Below are positions 29,984 to 39,597 of a stretch of 64,000 bases of DNA, piece after piece. Position numbers and translations under genes: made by a program. Origin of the DNA: an uncultured Gammaproteobacteria bacterium (lineage in GTDB: Bacteria > Pseudomonadota > Gammaproteobacteria > UBA6002); contig CAVPKM010000013.1 of NCBI GenBank assembly GCA_963705725.1, positions 160,001-224,000 on the forward strand, in the 5' to 3' direction. The notes below the pieces were generated by a model. That model ran no database searches, had not been told where the DNA came from, and worked only from the letters and a program-made list of their open reading frames with translations. Each line of letters begins with the position of its first letter. The stretch's first letter is position 1.

Positions 29984-30329
29984 TTAACCACCCACATAAT
30001 TTAAAAATTTTCACTAAACGATCTAACGATAATTCTGATGAAACATGGAGTTTAAATCCCTTCGGGTTTTCAATAATCACGGTATTAATGCTCGAAGAAT
30101 TTTGAATCTCGATTGGATTCAAAGAGAGAGGAATAAACGCGGGTTTTATTTTTTTATCTCGAATTAACTTGCTACGGGCATGCGTAAAAGTATTTAAACT
30201 TATCCCTAACCGCTCACAATATTTTTTTTGACTTTCTTTGCTTAATTCCCAATCTGTAATTATTGATCGCCATTTTTCCATATTTAATGCCAGAGTTTTT
30301 TGAGAAGGCGAATTATGGGTTGCTGTCAT
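29976..30329 (-). CDS. tnpA: IS66 TnpA
   Basis: Protein identical to 24149-24502. Confidence 0.9.
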   Translation of the reverse strand: MTATHNSPSQKTLALNMEKWRSIITDWELSKESQKKYCERLGISLNTFTHARSKLIRDKKIKPAFIPLSLNPIEIQNSSSINTVIIENPKGFKLHVSSELSLDRLVKIFKLCGWLNA

Positions 30330-31769
30330 GCGCTACTCCTTTAAAAAAACAGGAGTATGCAAGAACTTACGTTATAGCATAAGTGGGTGGTTAAATTAGC
30401 GGATACGAATATTGCATCCAAAATAGGATATTACGTCTGAAACTTGCGCAGGCATTGATAAAAACTTATAGAAAGTCTCGCATTGAAATAATAGCTCAAT
30501 GAGTTCTGCATCCTTGTCGTGGATGCAGAGCTCAGAAATTGTAAGGCGATTAGTTGCAAGGTTTGTAATGTCATTTTCGGTAAGAAGAGGAAGAAGGACG
30601 CGAATCAATTCTTTTTGACAAGCCCCTAGAGCGCCCAATAAAGCAATATCAAGGTTGTGTTCGCCCCTTGCTAGTAATAATTTGACAGTCGCTAGAGAAC
30701 CTGTATGTGCCGCCACTCTGAGAAAAAATCTAATTTTTTCACAGTCAGGCAATGCCTCTAATAAGATTTCAACACATTCAGCATGCCCATTCTTAACAGC
30801 ATTCCATAAAGCCGCTTCTTTTCGAGATCCTTCATCCAAACAATGATCTCCTGGCGTAGAGGCATCATATTGTATAACCTCCTCGCATAAAGGCGTTTCT
30901 TTGCAATTATCTAACAATAAAGAGAGGATTTCAGCATGCCCATTGCCAGCTGCCGCCTCCAATCCTCCAGGAAACATAAATAAGTTAGCAAGAAGAAGTT
31001 TTAGCATCTCAAAATTTCCATTTTGACATGCATGAAGAAAGAGAGATTCGTAGTTTTTGTCTTGCAAAGAAAGAGGGCTATCTTTATCTTTCGCAAAATT
31101 TATTAGCCACTCTGCCACGGCCAATTGGTTATTTTTGAGCGCCTCTACTAAGGCAGATTGATGGAAGGCAGATTGATAATCAGTAAAACTCGTATGATAA
31201 TCACAAATTAATTCCCTCACGATTTTTAGATGTCCGTTTTTACAGGCCAAGAGAATATACTCATTACCAAAAATACGGGCGTCTTGCTTGAGGTACTTTA
31301 CGAAGTGAATATCGCCTCCACCCATACAAGCCTCTTCAAGCATGGTGTTAACAGATTCTTCAGTCAATTCAGGAATAATATAAGTCGTTGGATAGCTTGC
31401 AATGAGTTCACATAAGAGATTTTCAGCAGAGTCATCCTCTAAATTAGCGAGGGAATATTTGCTCAAAAGATTATAAAAATCGATAGCTCTTCTATCATAT
31501 GCCAGCCTCACTCCCTTTCCCTTGTCCACGATCGCTTGAATTTTTTCCCATAAATAGGGATCATTAGAATCCCTTTTAATGTGGTTACCAATAAGCGGGA
31601 TTCCTTCTGATCGACTGCCTTCCCAGAACACTCTATTTGTACATAAGCCATAAATAAAGGCAATAATGGATGCTTTGGTATAGAATTCTTTCAGCATAGC
31701 CTCTGGATTTTTTTCATTTTCATTTATCATTTCATGCCTCGTGTTTAGAATTGAACTGTATTGATGAAT

Positions 31770-31802
31770 AGTTTAATGATAAAAAATGAAGAGCATATTA
31801 AA
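31770..31802 (-). promoter_or_regulatory. PmrA-like box plus -10 for ankyrin copy B
   Basis: tTTAAtaTgctcTTcAttTT-N7-TAAACT. Confidence 0.5.
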
Positions 31803-32020
31803 TTAATTAAAAATATGTTAGCAACGAATGGCGATTGTATCAAAATGCCATTGTAATTTTTTTCTAGTACAGGGGACAGTACGCATTGCCTCATTCAGTC
31901 AAGAATTTTTTGAAGAATTTTTGTCATTGCATTTTACAACAGGATATTTCTCGAAAAATAACTGACGCGTGATTAATTTATCAATTGATATTGGCATTGT
32001 CGCTAATCCACTTAAACATC

Positions 32021-32191
32021 TAGGCGATAAAGTAAATTGTTTAATGGCTGCTATTGGCTATAACTTTAAATTAATCTTCAAGTGGTTGAGGAAAATTTTT
32101 TTGCACTATCTTTGGGAAGATATTTTTTGTCGTATCCTCATAAATAAAAGGCCCATCATTGAATTAAAATGGCTTCTTAACGTTTGACTAG
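32021..32191 (+). mobile_element. IS5-family remnant (transposase C-terminus and right end)
   Basis: GDKVNCLMAAIGYNFKLIFKWLR matches the IS5-type C-terminal GD.IN.lLAA.GYNF motif; ends ttcttaacgtttgaCTAG. Confidence 0.65.
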
Positions 32192-32294
32192 CTAAATCTA
32201 AAAAATCAGAAGGAGTCCAAACATCAAAGTTTTTTTTATTTTGTATTCTGTCTAAAATTAGCTCTTTAGAGAGACATAATAATCCTTTCCCCAT
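32187..32294 (-). pseudogene. N-terminal fragment of a DUF6088/AbiEi-like antitoxin, cut at CTAG by the IS5 remnant
   Basis: ILDRIQ...VWTPSDFLDLAS; upstream inverted repeat ttgtccga-N16-tcggacaa (32294-32325). Confidence 0.6.
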
Positions 32295-32360
32295 TGTCCG
32301 ATAATTGCATGCTTTTTTCGGACAAAAAGCAAAGGTAGCTAAGAAGCGAAATTAAATTCG

Positions 32361-33299
32361 TCACAACCCTTGTGTCGAATTCGATATTTTAGGGCAAATC
32401 GATTCAAGAATATTCTCCATATGATTGTATAATGTCGAAATATGAGCTTCATGTTCAAATAATTTCAATTTAGCGTGAGGGAGTTTGGTCTTATAAATGC
32501 CTGCATGAGAGGCGGGGATTTGCATATCCAATTTGCCTTGCCAAATAGTAATTGGATAGGTAATTTTTTCTAAATCGAAACCCCATGGCCTTAAAACCAA
32601 ACACATTTCTTGTGCAGCACCATTGACACCGTCTTTAAAAGACTCGGCTATCATATCCATTATTTTATTAATGCGACTAACATCTTGGAGAATAATGCGA
32701 TCGGGGGCAGGAAGTTTTTGGATAAATTGGTTAAATATTTTTGGTTTAAACATCATCTTTTGCTGTATTTTCATCAATAAAAAAGCAAATCCAGGAACAT
32801 GCCTAACAAGCGCATTTATGGCTCTTAATCCCCATGGCATGCCAATTTTAGACTCAGGCAATGCTGATGGGGCAATACCAGAAACAATCGCAGCACCACT
32901 TAAACGTTCCGGGATCATGTAAGCGCAAGCCATAACAAATGGTGCTCCTCCTGAGTGGCCAATTATAGAAAATTTTTCTATTTCAAGATGATTCGCCAGA
33001 GCAACAATGTCCTGACTCCAGTTCAGAATGGTATGTTTTTTGTGGAAGGTTGATAATCCCATTCCAGGGCGATCGATCCCGAAAAAATGGCAACGATGTG
33101 CTTTTGCAATCTGGTGAAAATCACTGGCCTGTAATCTCGATCCTGGAAATCCGTGAAAATAAAACACGGGATGCCCTTTAGGATCGCCGCATTCTAAATA
33201 ACCAAGTGCCCTGCCATCCCTCAAGATAATAGATGAACCACAAGTACGTAGTTTATTTTTCATAATAACCTCACAGCCATACAACAGTATGCATCCCAT
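32361..33299 (-). CDS. Alpha/beta hydrolase (true start probably MKNKLR at 33263)
   Basis: LRDGRALGY, FHGFPGSR, DRPGMG, GHSGG, WGFDL, WQGKLD, EAH. Confidence 0.9.
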   Translation of the reverse strand: MGCILLYGCEVIMKNKLRTCGSSIILRDGRALGYLECGDPKGHPVFYFHGFPGSRLQASDFHQIAKAHRCHFFGIDRPGMGLSTFHKKHTILNWSQDIVALANHLEIEKFSIIGHSGGAPFVMACAYMIPERLSGAAIVSGIAPSALPESKIGMPWGLRAINALVRHVPGFAFLLMKIQQKMMFKPKIFNQFIQKLPAPDRIILQDVSRINKIMDMIAESFKDGVNGAAQEMCLVLRPWGFDLEKITYPITIWQGKLDMQIPASHAGIYKTKLPHAKLKLFEHEAHISTLYNHMENILESICPKISNSTQGL

Positions 33300-33327
33300 A
33301 AGCTGTGCTGCCTATAGGATGCCAATG

Positions 33328-34089
33328 TTAAGATAATTTTTTATTGGCAAACAATTTCATTGCTTCAACCAAATACTCGACTAAATCTGGATGATATCGG
33401 TTGTAGAATAAACGGTAATCAGGATGATCGAGATACATCTGTCCAAGCCCTAAATACGTTTCCTTCGTAGGCGTCCAGAAATTGTTGACCCAATAAAAAT
33501 GTTGTTGAATAAGCTTTTGAACTTCATCTGAGTCTATTTTTCGTCCTCGTTTAAGTGCCTCTGCAAGCGCAAGATTAAGCTTCTCGCCAGAATCCTTAAA
33601 CTGCTCCCAGTCCGCTTTTTTCCAATTAGAAACTCGTTGCCAACTATCATCAATTTGTTTCTGTGAAATAATACCTGTATCAAGCATATATTTCTCATGT
33701 TCTTGCTGTTTGATGGGATCAAATCCATCGTACATTTCTGCATCACGCATGATTATTTTTCCTCTTAAATGTGAAATGGTTTTATCAATTGTTTTGATAA
33801 GCGTTGCTGTTCTATCAAGACCCGACTGCAACATGGATTTATGAGCTTTTAATGATTCAATTTTATCGAAATCATCACTGCTTAAAATCTTTTGAATGTC
33901 ATTTAGAGGAAATCCCAGCTCACGAAAAAATAGAATTTGCTGAAGCATAAGCAGCTGCTCTGCTTTATAATAACGATACTGATTCTCTCCATAAAAAGCA
34001 GGCGCTAGTAGACGAATTTCGTCATAAAATCGCAGTGTGCGTGTACTCACACCTGAAAGTTTCGCCAATTGATTTATCGTATATGCCAT
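33328..34089 (-). CDS. MerR-family regulator with TipAS domain (TipA/Mta-like)
   Basis: LAKLSGVSTRTLRFYDEI, LQQILFFRELGFPL, LGQMYLDHPDY..FY. Confidence 0.92.
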   Translation of the reverse strand: MAYTINQLAKLSGVSTRTLRFYDEIRLLAPAFYGENQYRYYKAEQLLMLQQILFFRELGFPLNDIQKILSSDDFDKIESLKAHKSMLQSGLDRTATLIKTIDKTISHLRGKIIMRDAEMYDGFDPIKQQEHEKYMLDTGIISQKQIDDSWQRVSNWKKADWEQFKDSGEKLNLALAEALKRGRKIDSDEVQKLIQQHFYWVNNFWTPTKETYLGLGQMYLDHPDYRLFYNRYHPDLVEYLVEAMKLFANKKLS

Positions 34090-34117
34090 TATTACGCTCC
34101 TCTAGGTGACAAAGTGC

Positions 34118-34148
34118 ACGATAAAGGTTGACGCAACGTCAGAGTCAA
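34118..34148 (-). promoter_or_regulatory. MerR-type promoter/operator with a 19-bp spacer
   Basis: TTGACT-ctgacgttgcgtcaacctt-TATCGT, with the palindrome tgacg-N3-cgtca in the spacer. Confidence 0.85.
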
Positions 34149-34391
34149 GTATTTTTTCATTTAGGAGTGACAACTATTCTGACATAAGTTTTTTGTAGGT
34201 GTTCAGCAGCTCAGAAGTGCGTAAACCAGTATAAATTTTAATTTAACTAGGCAAATGGCGTAAGAGGGGGCGCTACTGGGGCATTTACGGGGACAATGAA
34301 AGACCATGAAAAACAATCCCCAATGCATTTTAACCTAATGATTATCAACAGTTTTTGGTGATCTTTGACAGTCTTTTGTTATCTTAAAAAT

Positions 34392-34754
34392 TGGTGGAGG
34401 CGGCGGGAATCGAACCCGCGTCCGCAAATCCTCGACTTGAGGCATCTACATGTTTAGCTCTGTTATTTAATTTGACGCATGGGCCTCCAACAGACAGGAT
34501 GTTCCATGAGCGAGTCTATTATTTGACAAGCCATTTTAGACAGAATGGATTGCGATTTTATGTGCTATTACCATTGAGCAAAGCCCATAAACAAGCTTTG
34601 TCAACGGGTAGGCGCTGTTTTTTAGGCAGCTGCAGCTACTTGATATTTACTATCGTTTGCAGTTACTTTAATTTGCAACTCAGTTTTACGAGTGAAGTCA
34701 CCTGCTCGACATGCACCTGAAGCGTTGAAATCCACGTCGAAGCCAGTCGCCCCC
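34392..34754 (-). ncRNA. ssrA: tmRNA; tag peptide ANDSKYQVAAAA (34660-34622)
   Basis: 5' GGGGGCGACTGGCTTCGAC; 3' T-arm GGTTCGATTCCC and CGCCTCCACCA with the G3:U pair; adjacent to smpB. Confidence 0.97.
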
Positions 34755-34813
34755 GGGGAATCTCACTTTCATGATCAAAGTAGTATAGCAGAAATTTGTT
34801 GAAATAGCCAGGT

Positions 34814-35302
34814 CTATTTACCGAGGCGCGAAATTTTAGCGGCACGTTGTTTCTCTCTATCCCACTCGCGTTGTTTAATGGATTCTCGCTTGTCGAATTC
34901 TTTCTTGCCCCTGGCCAGACCAATTCCAAGTTTAACGTGGTTTTTTTTCCAATATAAGGAGAGCGTAGTGAGCGTGTATCCTTTTCGTTGTGTGGCACCG
35001 ATTAACATTTGTATTTCTTTTCTGGTTAACAGCAATTTACGGCTTCGAACAGGGTCTGGGTTAATGTGGGTGCTAGTGGTCGCAAGTGGACTGATATGCA
35101 TGCCAAGCAACCAAGCTTCTCCTTTTTTGATAATGACATAACTATCTTTTATCTGAATGTGATGTGCCCGGATACTTTTTACTTCCCAACCTTCTAACAC
35201 TAGCCCTGCTTCAAATTTTTTATCGATGTGGTAATCATGAAAAGCTTTTTTATTGAGAGCGATAGTGGGAGTATTTTCAGGATTTTTATTTTTCTTGCTC
35301 AT
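34814..35302 (-). CDS. smpB: SsrA-binding protein
   Basis: [31 protein letters not shown]. Confidence 0.97.
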   Translation of the reverse strand: MSKKNKNPENTPTIALNKKAFHDYHIDKKFEAGLVLEGWEVKSIRAHHIQIKDSYVIIKKGEAWLLGMHISPLATTSTHINPDPVRSRKLLLTRKEIQMLIGATQRKGYTLTTLSLYWKKNHVKLGIGLARGKKEFDKRESIKQREWDREKQRAAKISRLGK

Positions 35303-35342
35303 GGGTTAGACTCTACAGCTTAAGTAATCAGGTGAGAATGTT

Positions 35343-35783
35343 ATGCCTATCATACAACGAAGTGCAATAGTACCGCATACATCAGAAGAAATGTATCAGT
35401 TAGTGAATGCAATCAAGGACTATCCGTCATTCATTCCTTGGTGCCATGATGCAGAGGTGCACAGTTGCGATGAGGATGAAATTCGCGCAACTTTACATTT
35501 TGAGGGAGCAGGCTTTAGAAAATCCTTTACAACCTGCAATCGACTGCAAAAAAATAAGATGATTGAAATAAGGATGTTGGATGGGCCTTTTAAGCATTTA
35601 GAAGGATTTTGGTTGTTTGAATCACCAAATAACGAGCAGTGTTTGATTCGGTTGGATTTAGAATTTGAGCTTGCAAATAAAATTTTGGGATTGGCGTTTG
35701 GATCATTGTTTAATCAGGTAGCCAACTCTTTAGTAGAGGCCTTTTCTAAACGTGCTGAAGTCGTATATGGCACTAGAGGTTGA
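35343..35783 (+). CDS. ratA: RatA/PasT (START-fold, CoQ-binding) protein
   Basis: MYQLVN..YPSFIPWC, GPFKHLEGFW, AFSKRA; divergent from smpB. Confidence 0.92.
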   Translation: MPIIQRSAIVPHTSEEMYQLVNAIKDYPSFIPWCHDAEVHSCDEDEIRATLHFEGAGFRKSFTTCNRLQKNKMIEIRMLDGPFKHLEGFWLFESPNNEQCLIRLDLEFELANKILGLAFGSLFNQVANSLVEAFSKRAEVVYGTRG

Positions 35784-36030
35784 AGTTTGTTATGCAGAGT
35801 GGCTTGTATCTGTTTGCATGCCCGAGGGCAGTACAGTTATCAAGGCAATTTTAGCTTCTAACATTTTGGAGCAGCATCCCGAAATAAATTTGACAAATAA
35901 TGTAGGAATTTTTGGCAAAAAAGTGACGCTTGGGACCATTTTGACGACAGGGGATCGAGTAGAAATTTATCAATCCCTAAAGTTATCCCCAAATGAAATA
36001 CGTCTTAAACGAATGAAACAGAATAAGTAG
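35767..36030 (+). CDS. ratB: RnfH/RatB ubiquitin-like protein
   Basis: VEVCYA, VGIFGK, GDRVEIY. Confidence 0.85.
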   Translation: MALEVEVCYAEWLVSVCMPEGSTVIKAILASNILEQHPEINLTNNVGIFGKKVTLGTILTTGDRVEIYQSLKLSPNEIRLKRMKQNK

Positions 36031-36048
36031 CGTATTAATTACGTAACA

Positions 36049-36375
36049 CTACCCTCTGGTATTGATGCTGGATATTCGATTGTTTTGAAAATAAAGCGTC
36101 ATCTTTTTTTCAATGAAGTTACCCTTGCCTGGTTTGAGGGTGAAAATATATGTCCAGCGATTATCATTGAAAGCATCGATAAGAATTGGCGGACCTAGCA
36201 ATGCTACGACAGATTCCTTGTCCATCCCTACATGAATCTTATGCACCATGTCTGGCGTAAAAATATTTCCTTGCTGAATGTTAATGCGATATAGCCAAGT
36301 GCTTTGCGTGCAGCTAGAGAGCGCAAAAACAATACAAAATAGAGTGATTAGGGTTATAATTTTTGTTTTCACCAA
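36049..36375 (-). CDS. bamE: Outer membrane assembly lipoprotein BamE
   Basis: Lipobox LSSC, IQQGN, GMDKESV..LLGPP, RWTY. Confidence 0.92.
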   Translation of the reverse strand: MVKTKIITLITLFCIVFALSSCTQSTWLYRINIQQGNIFTPDMVHKIHVGMDKESVVALLGPPILIDAFNDNRWTYIFTLKPGKGNFIEKKMTLYFQNNRISSINTRG

Positions 36376-36406
36376 GTTACCCTTCTTTTACTTATTCTAG
36401 TAGGCC

Positions 36407-36841
36407 ATGTTATCAAAGGAGAGTTCATTGGACAACCAAGATCTGAAAAAGGCCGGTCTGAAAGTGACGTTACCACGTCTTAAGATTCTTGAAATACTTG
36501 AAAAAGCTGATCCGCGACATATGAGTGCAGAAGAAGTTTACAAAACACTAGTAGAATCAGGTGATGATGTAGGACTTGCGACAGTGTATCGTGTTTTGAC
36601 CCAGTTCGAGGCAGCAGGATTAGTTCGTCGCCATAATTTTGAAGGAGATCATGCCGTTTTTGAAGTTGAGCAAGGTGAGCATCATGATCATTTGGTTTGC
36701 GTTAAATGCGGTAAAGTCGATGAATTTATCGATGAAATGATTGAGGAAAGACAGGAAGTGATTGCGAATAAATTTGGATTTGAAATGACAGATCATAGCT
36801 TAACAATTTATGGCATTTGCCATGGGTGTAAACAAAATTAA
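36407..36841 (+). CDS. fur: Ferric uptake regulator
   Basis: LKKAGLKVTLPRLKIL, GLATVYRVL, HHDHLVC..CG. Confidence 0.97.
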   Translation: MLSKESSLDNQDLKKAGLKVTLPRLKILEILEKADPRHMSAEEVYKTLVESGDDVGLATVYRVLTQFEAAGLVRRHNFEGDHAVFEVEQGEHHDHLVCVKCGKVDEFIDEMIEERQEVIANKFGFEMTDHSLTIYGICHGCKQN

Positions 36842-38502
36842 GAGGTTGCGATCAGTTCTTCTGCGTGAGCTAAGCTATTTTCAGTAATGGATAAACCACC
36901 TAGCATGCGTGCAATTTCTTGGATTTTGTCGGAAGCGGTAAGCTGAATTATTGTTGTATGCGTTTCGTTTTGAGCAATTTGCTTTTTCACTAATAAATGC
37001 AAGTTTCCACATGCAGCAACTTGTGGCAAGTGGGTGATGCAAAGTACTTGTGCAGTTTGGCTGATCGATTTTAGTAAATTACCCACGATCGCTGCCGTTC
37101 CTCCACCAATGCCAACATCTACTTCGTCAAAAACTAATATCGGAGTGATGTTTTTTTCTGCCGTGATCACATATATTGCTAAGGCAATACGAGAAAGCTC
37201 TCCGCCTGATGCGATTTTTGAAAGTGGTTGAGGGGCTTGGCCTGGATTCATTGAAACAAGATATTCAATCTCTTCTAAACCATAAGGAGAGAATTGCTCC
37301 TTGTGTGAAAGCTTTGCTTCAAAAATGCCGCCTGGCATGCCAAGGGAGCGCATTTTTTCGCTGATTTTATTTGTGAGTGTTAAAGCCGCTTGTTTGCGGC
37401 TGTCTGTAAGTTTCTTTGCGACTGCTGAGTATTGATTAGCTAAAATCGTCGCCTCTTCATTAAGCGTGGCTAACATGGCCTCAGATTGTTGCAAATTCTC
37501 AGATTCTTCTATTAATTTGTTATGAATTAGTGGTAAATCTCTTGGGGATGTGGAATATTTTCTAGCTAATTGATGGATTGTTGAAAGCCGTGTTTCGATT
37601 TCAGCTAAGCGTTCTGGGTATGACTCAATCGCGCTGAGGTAATCCTGTAGCTCATTCACTGTTTCTTCCACGTGGATGATGGCATGATTCAGCAAATCAC
37701 TAGAAGATTGCAATTTTTCATGAAAATGTACCATGGCGCTTAGTTGACTTTGTGCTTGATAAAGAAAACATTGCGCAGAGCGGTCGTCTTCAGCTAGCTT
37801 AGCGAGTGCAGAATGACAGTTTTTGATTAATTGTTCTCGATTGGCGAGCTGTTTATGTTCGGCATCCAGTCGTTCATATTCTGATGGCAAGAGGTTAAGT
37901 TTTTCAAATTCAGTAATTTGATACTGCAGCAATTCCAATTGTATTGCTGCATTCTTTTGAGTTTCACTTAATTGAGTGATTTTATTTTGATTTTGCACCC
38001 ATTCGTAGTAAAGCGATTTTACCTCTTCACAAAGCGTTAAATGACAGCTGAATTGATCCAGAAGTTCTCGTTGATACTGACGTTTGGTTAGTTGTTGATG
38101 TTGATTTTGACTGTGCAAATGAATAAGTAGAGAAGCGAATTCCCTGAGTTCTTGTAGGGTACATTGAATGCCATTAATCATTTGTCTGGATTTTCCATCC
38201 TTCCCTATGATTCTTCTGATTAGACATTCTTCAGCTTGAGCCGTTTCAAAATCTTTTTCGCTTAACCATTGGAGTGCTTTCGGAGTATTCGTCAAATTAA
38301 AACAGGCGCTTAGATTACATTTATTTTCATTTTTTCCTACAATCGAACTATCTGTTTTGCCTCCTAGAAGAATGGTGAGCGCATCAATAATAATAGATTT
38401 ACCAGAGCCCGTTTCTCCTGTAATGACAGTTAGGCCTTCTTTAAAGTCAATATCTAATTCGGGAATGATAATGAAGTTTTTGATTTGGAGATGGTTAAGC
38501 AT
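36838..38502 (-). CDS. recN: DNA repair protein RecN
   Basis: GETGSGKS, ASGGELSR, FDEVDVGIGG, ITHLPQVA. Confidence 0.96.
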   Translation of the reverse strand: MLNHLQIKNFIIIPELDIDFKEGLTVITGETGSGKSIIIDALTILLGGKTDSSIVGKNENKCNLSACFNLTNTPKALQWLSEKDFETAQAEECLIRRIIGKDGKSRQMINGIQCTLQELREFASLLIHLHSQNQHQQLTKRQYQRELLDQFSCHLTLCEEVKSLYYEWVQNQNKITQLSETQKNAAIQLELLQYQITEFEKLNLLPSEYERLDAEHKQLANREQLIKNCHSALAKLAEDDRSAQCFLYQAQSQLSAMVHFHEKLQSSSDLLNHAIIHVEETVNELQDYLSAIESYPERLAEIETRLSTIHQLARKYSTSPRDLPLIHNKLIEESENLQQSEAMLATLNEEATILANQYSAVAKKLTDSRKQAALTLTNKISEKMRSLGMPGGIFEAKLSHKEQFSPYGLEEIEYLVSMNPGQAPQPLSKIASGGELSRIALAIYVITAEKNITPILVFDEVDVGIGGGTAAIVGNLLKSISQTAQVLCITHLPQVAACGNLHLLVKKQIAQNETHTTIIQLTASDKIQEIARMLGGLSITENSLAHAEELIATS

Positions 38503-39464
38503 TAACCTTCCCAGCCCAATTTCTTGCGAAGCGTTTCAAAGTAGTTATAGTCTAAGGGATGAATTAAACGCAGCGTTTCCGCCTTTCTGCAAATCGTAAT
38601 TTTCTCGCCAGGTTCTAGGATAATTCGTTCTTGGCCATCACAGCTAACTCGGGAGGGAGCTTGATTGTTAGCGGAAAGGTGAATATCAATTGCGCTGTTA
38701 CTTTTCACCACGATTGGGCGGCTGCTTAAAGTATGAGGAAACATAGGAACTAAAACAATGGCATCTAAGCCGGGATGAAGAATTGGGCCGCCACCTGAAA
38801 GTGCATAGGCTGTTGAACCCGTTGGTGTGGCAATGATGATTCCATCAGCGCGCTGATAACAAATCATTTGATCATTAATTTTCACCTGAAATTCAATCAT
38901 ATGGGCTAAATTTCCAGGAAGGAGTACCACATCATTTAATGCAATCGCATGAGACACATCGCCATTTAAGTGATTGACTGTTGCTTCAAGTAGGAAGCGC
39001 TCTTCTTCGATAAAATTCCCTGATAGCACATCATCTATTTTATCCAATTCATCGGGCTTAATATCTGTTAAAAAACCCAGTCGCCCTCGATTGATTCCCA
39101 GTACAGGTAGGCCATAATCTGCTGCCATATGCGCGGCGTTTAACATGCTGCCATCGCCTCCTACCACGATGAGTAGGTCACAATTTTTACAAAGAAGTGT
39201 TTGTGGCAAAACCGTTAAACGGCTATCTGGAAGGAGTTCAGCCGTGCTAGGTTCTAATACAACTTCAACGGGATAATTTGATAAATACGCTTTAATGGCG
39301 AGCAATGTTTCTTCAATGCCTTCTACTCGACGTCCAAAAAGTGCCACTTTTTGAAAATGCTTTTTTTGGGGATTCATTAAAACATCCGTTTCAATCGTAT
39401 TTTCCAAAATCATATCCTCATATGATACCATCATGCGACTCCTTGGATGACAGTTTTGGCTCAA
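38502..39464 (-). CDS. nadK: NAD kinase (true start probably downstream, MNPQKK)
   Basis: GGDGSML, GRLGFL, LND, TPTGSTAYALSGGGP. Confidence 0.95.
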   Translation of the reverse strand: MSQNCHPRSRMMVSYEDMILENTIETDVLMNPQKKHFQKVALFGRRVEGIEETLLAIKAYLSNYPVEVVLEPSTAELLPDSRLTVLPQTLLCKNCDLLIVVGGDGSMLNAAHMAADYGLPVLGINRGRLGFLTDIKPDELDKIDDVLSGNFIEEERFLLEATVNHLNGDVSHAIALNDVVLLPGNLAHMIEFQVKINDQMICYQRADGIIIATPTGSTAYALSGGGPILHPGLDAIVLVPMFPHTLSSRPIVVKSNSAIDIHLSANNQAPSRVSCDGQERIILEPGEKITICRKAETLRLIHPLDYNYFETLRKKLGWEG

Positions 39465-39539
39465 ATAGAGTTGTAAAGCGTAAAATTCTAATCACGAAGG
39501 ATATCATATCCTTTGTTTAATTGAATCTCTAGTTCTACC

Positions 39540-39568
39540 CTTGAAGTTGGTCTAACTCGACCCTATAT
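39540..39568 (+). promoter_or_regulatory. Sigma-32 promoter for grpE
   Basis: CTTGAA-N15-CCCTATAT. Confidence 0.7.
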
Positions 39569-39597
39569 ATACAGTCTCTGTTATTAAAGGGGAATGA

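Larger units (their letters stand above)
28016..30406 (-). mobile_element. IS66-family element, copy 2 (2391 bp)
   Basis: Same TIRs; 8-bp TSD gaatattg at 28008-28015 and 30407-30414; near-identical to copy 1. Confidence 0.97.
27493..31730 (-). pseudogene. Ankyrin-repeat effector-like protein, copy B, split by IS66 copy 2
   Basis: 30407-31730 and 27493-28015 join through the TSD (GCNI|LKRLLESS) into a paralog of 19653-21335. Confidence 0.92.

Noticed and set aside
24072-30406. Composite transposon bounded by the two IS66 copies
   Set aside because: Each IS has its own matching TSD and the outer flanks do not match each other.
19653-31730. Diversity-generating retroelement (TR/VR) explanation for the ankyrin variation
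   Set aside because: Differences involve all four bases rather than adenines only, include indels, and there is no reverse transcriptase in the window.
34391-34998. ORFs 34391-34720 and 34663-34998
   Set aside because: Shadow frames over tmRNA and smpB.
35343-36030. ratA-ratB as a novel toxin-antitoxin system
   Set aside because: Conserved housekeeping locus next to smpB; RatA is a CoQ-binding START-fold protein.
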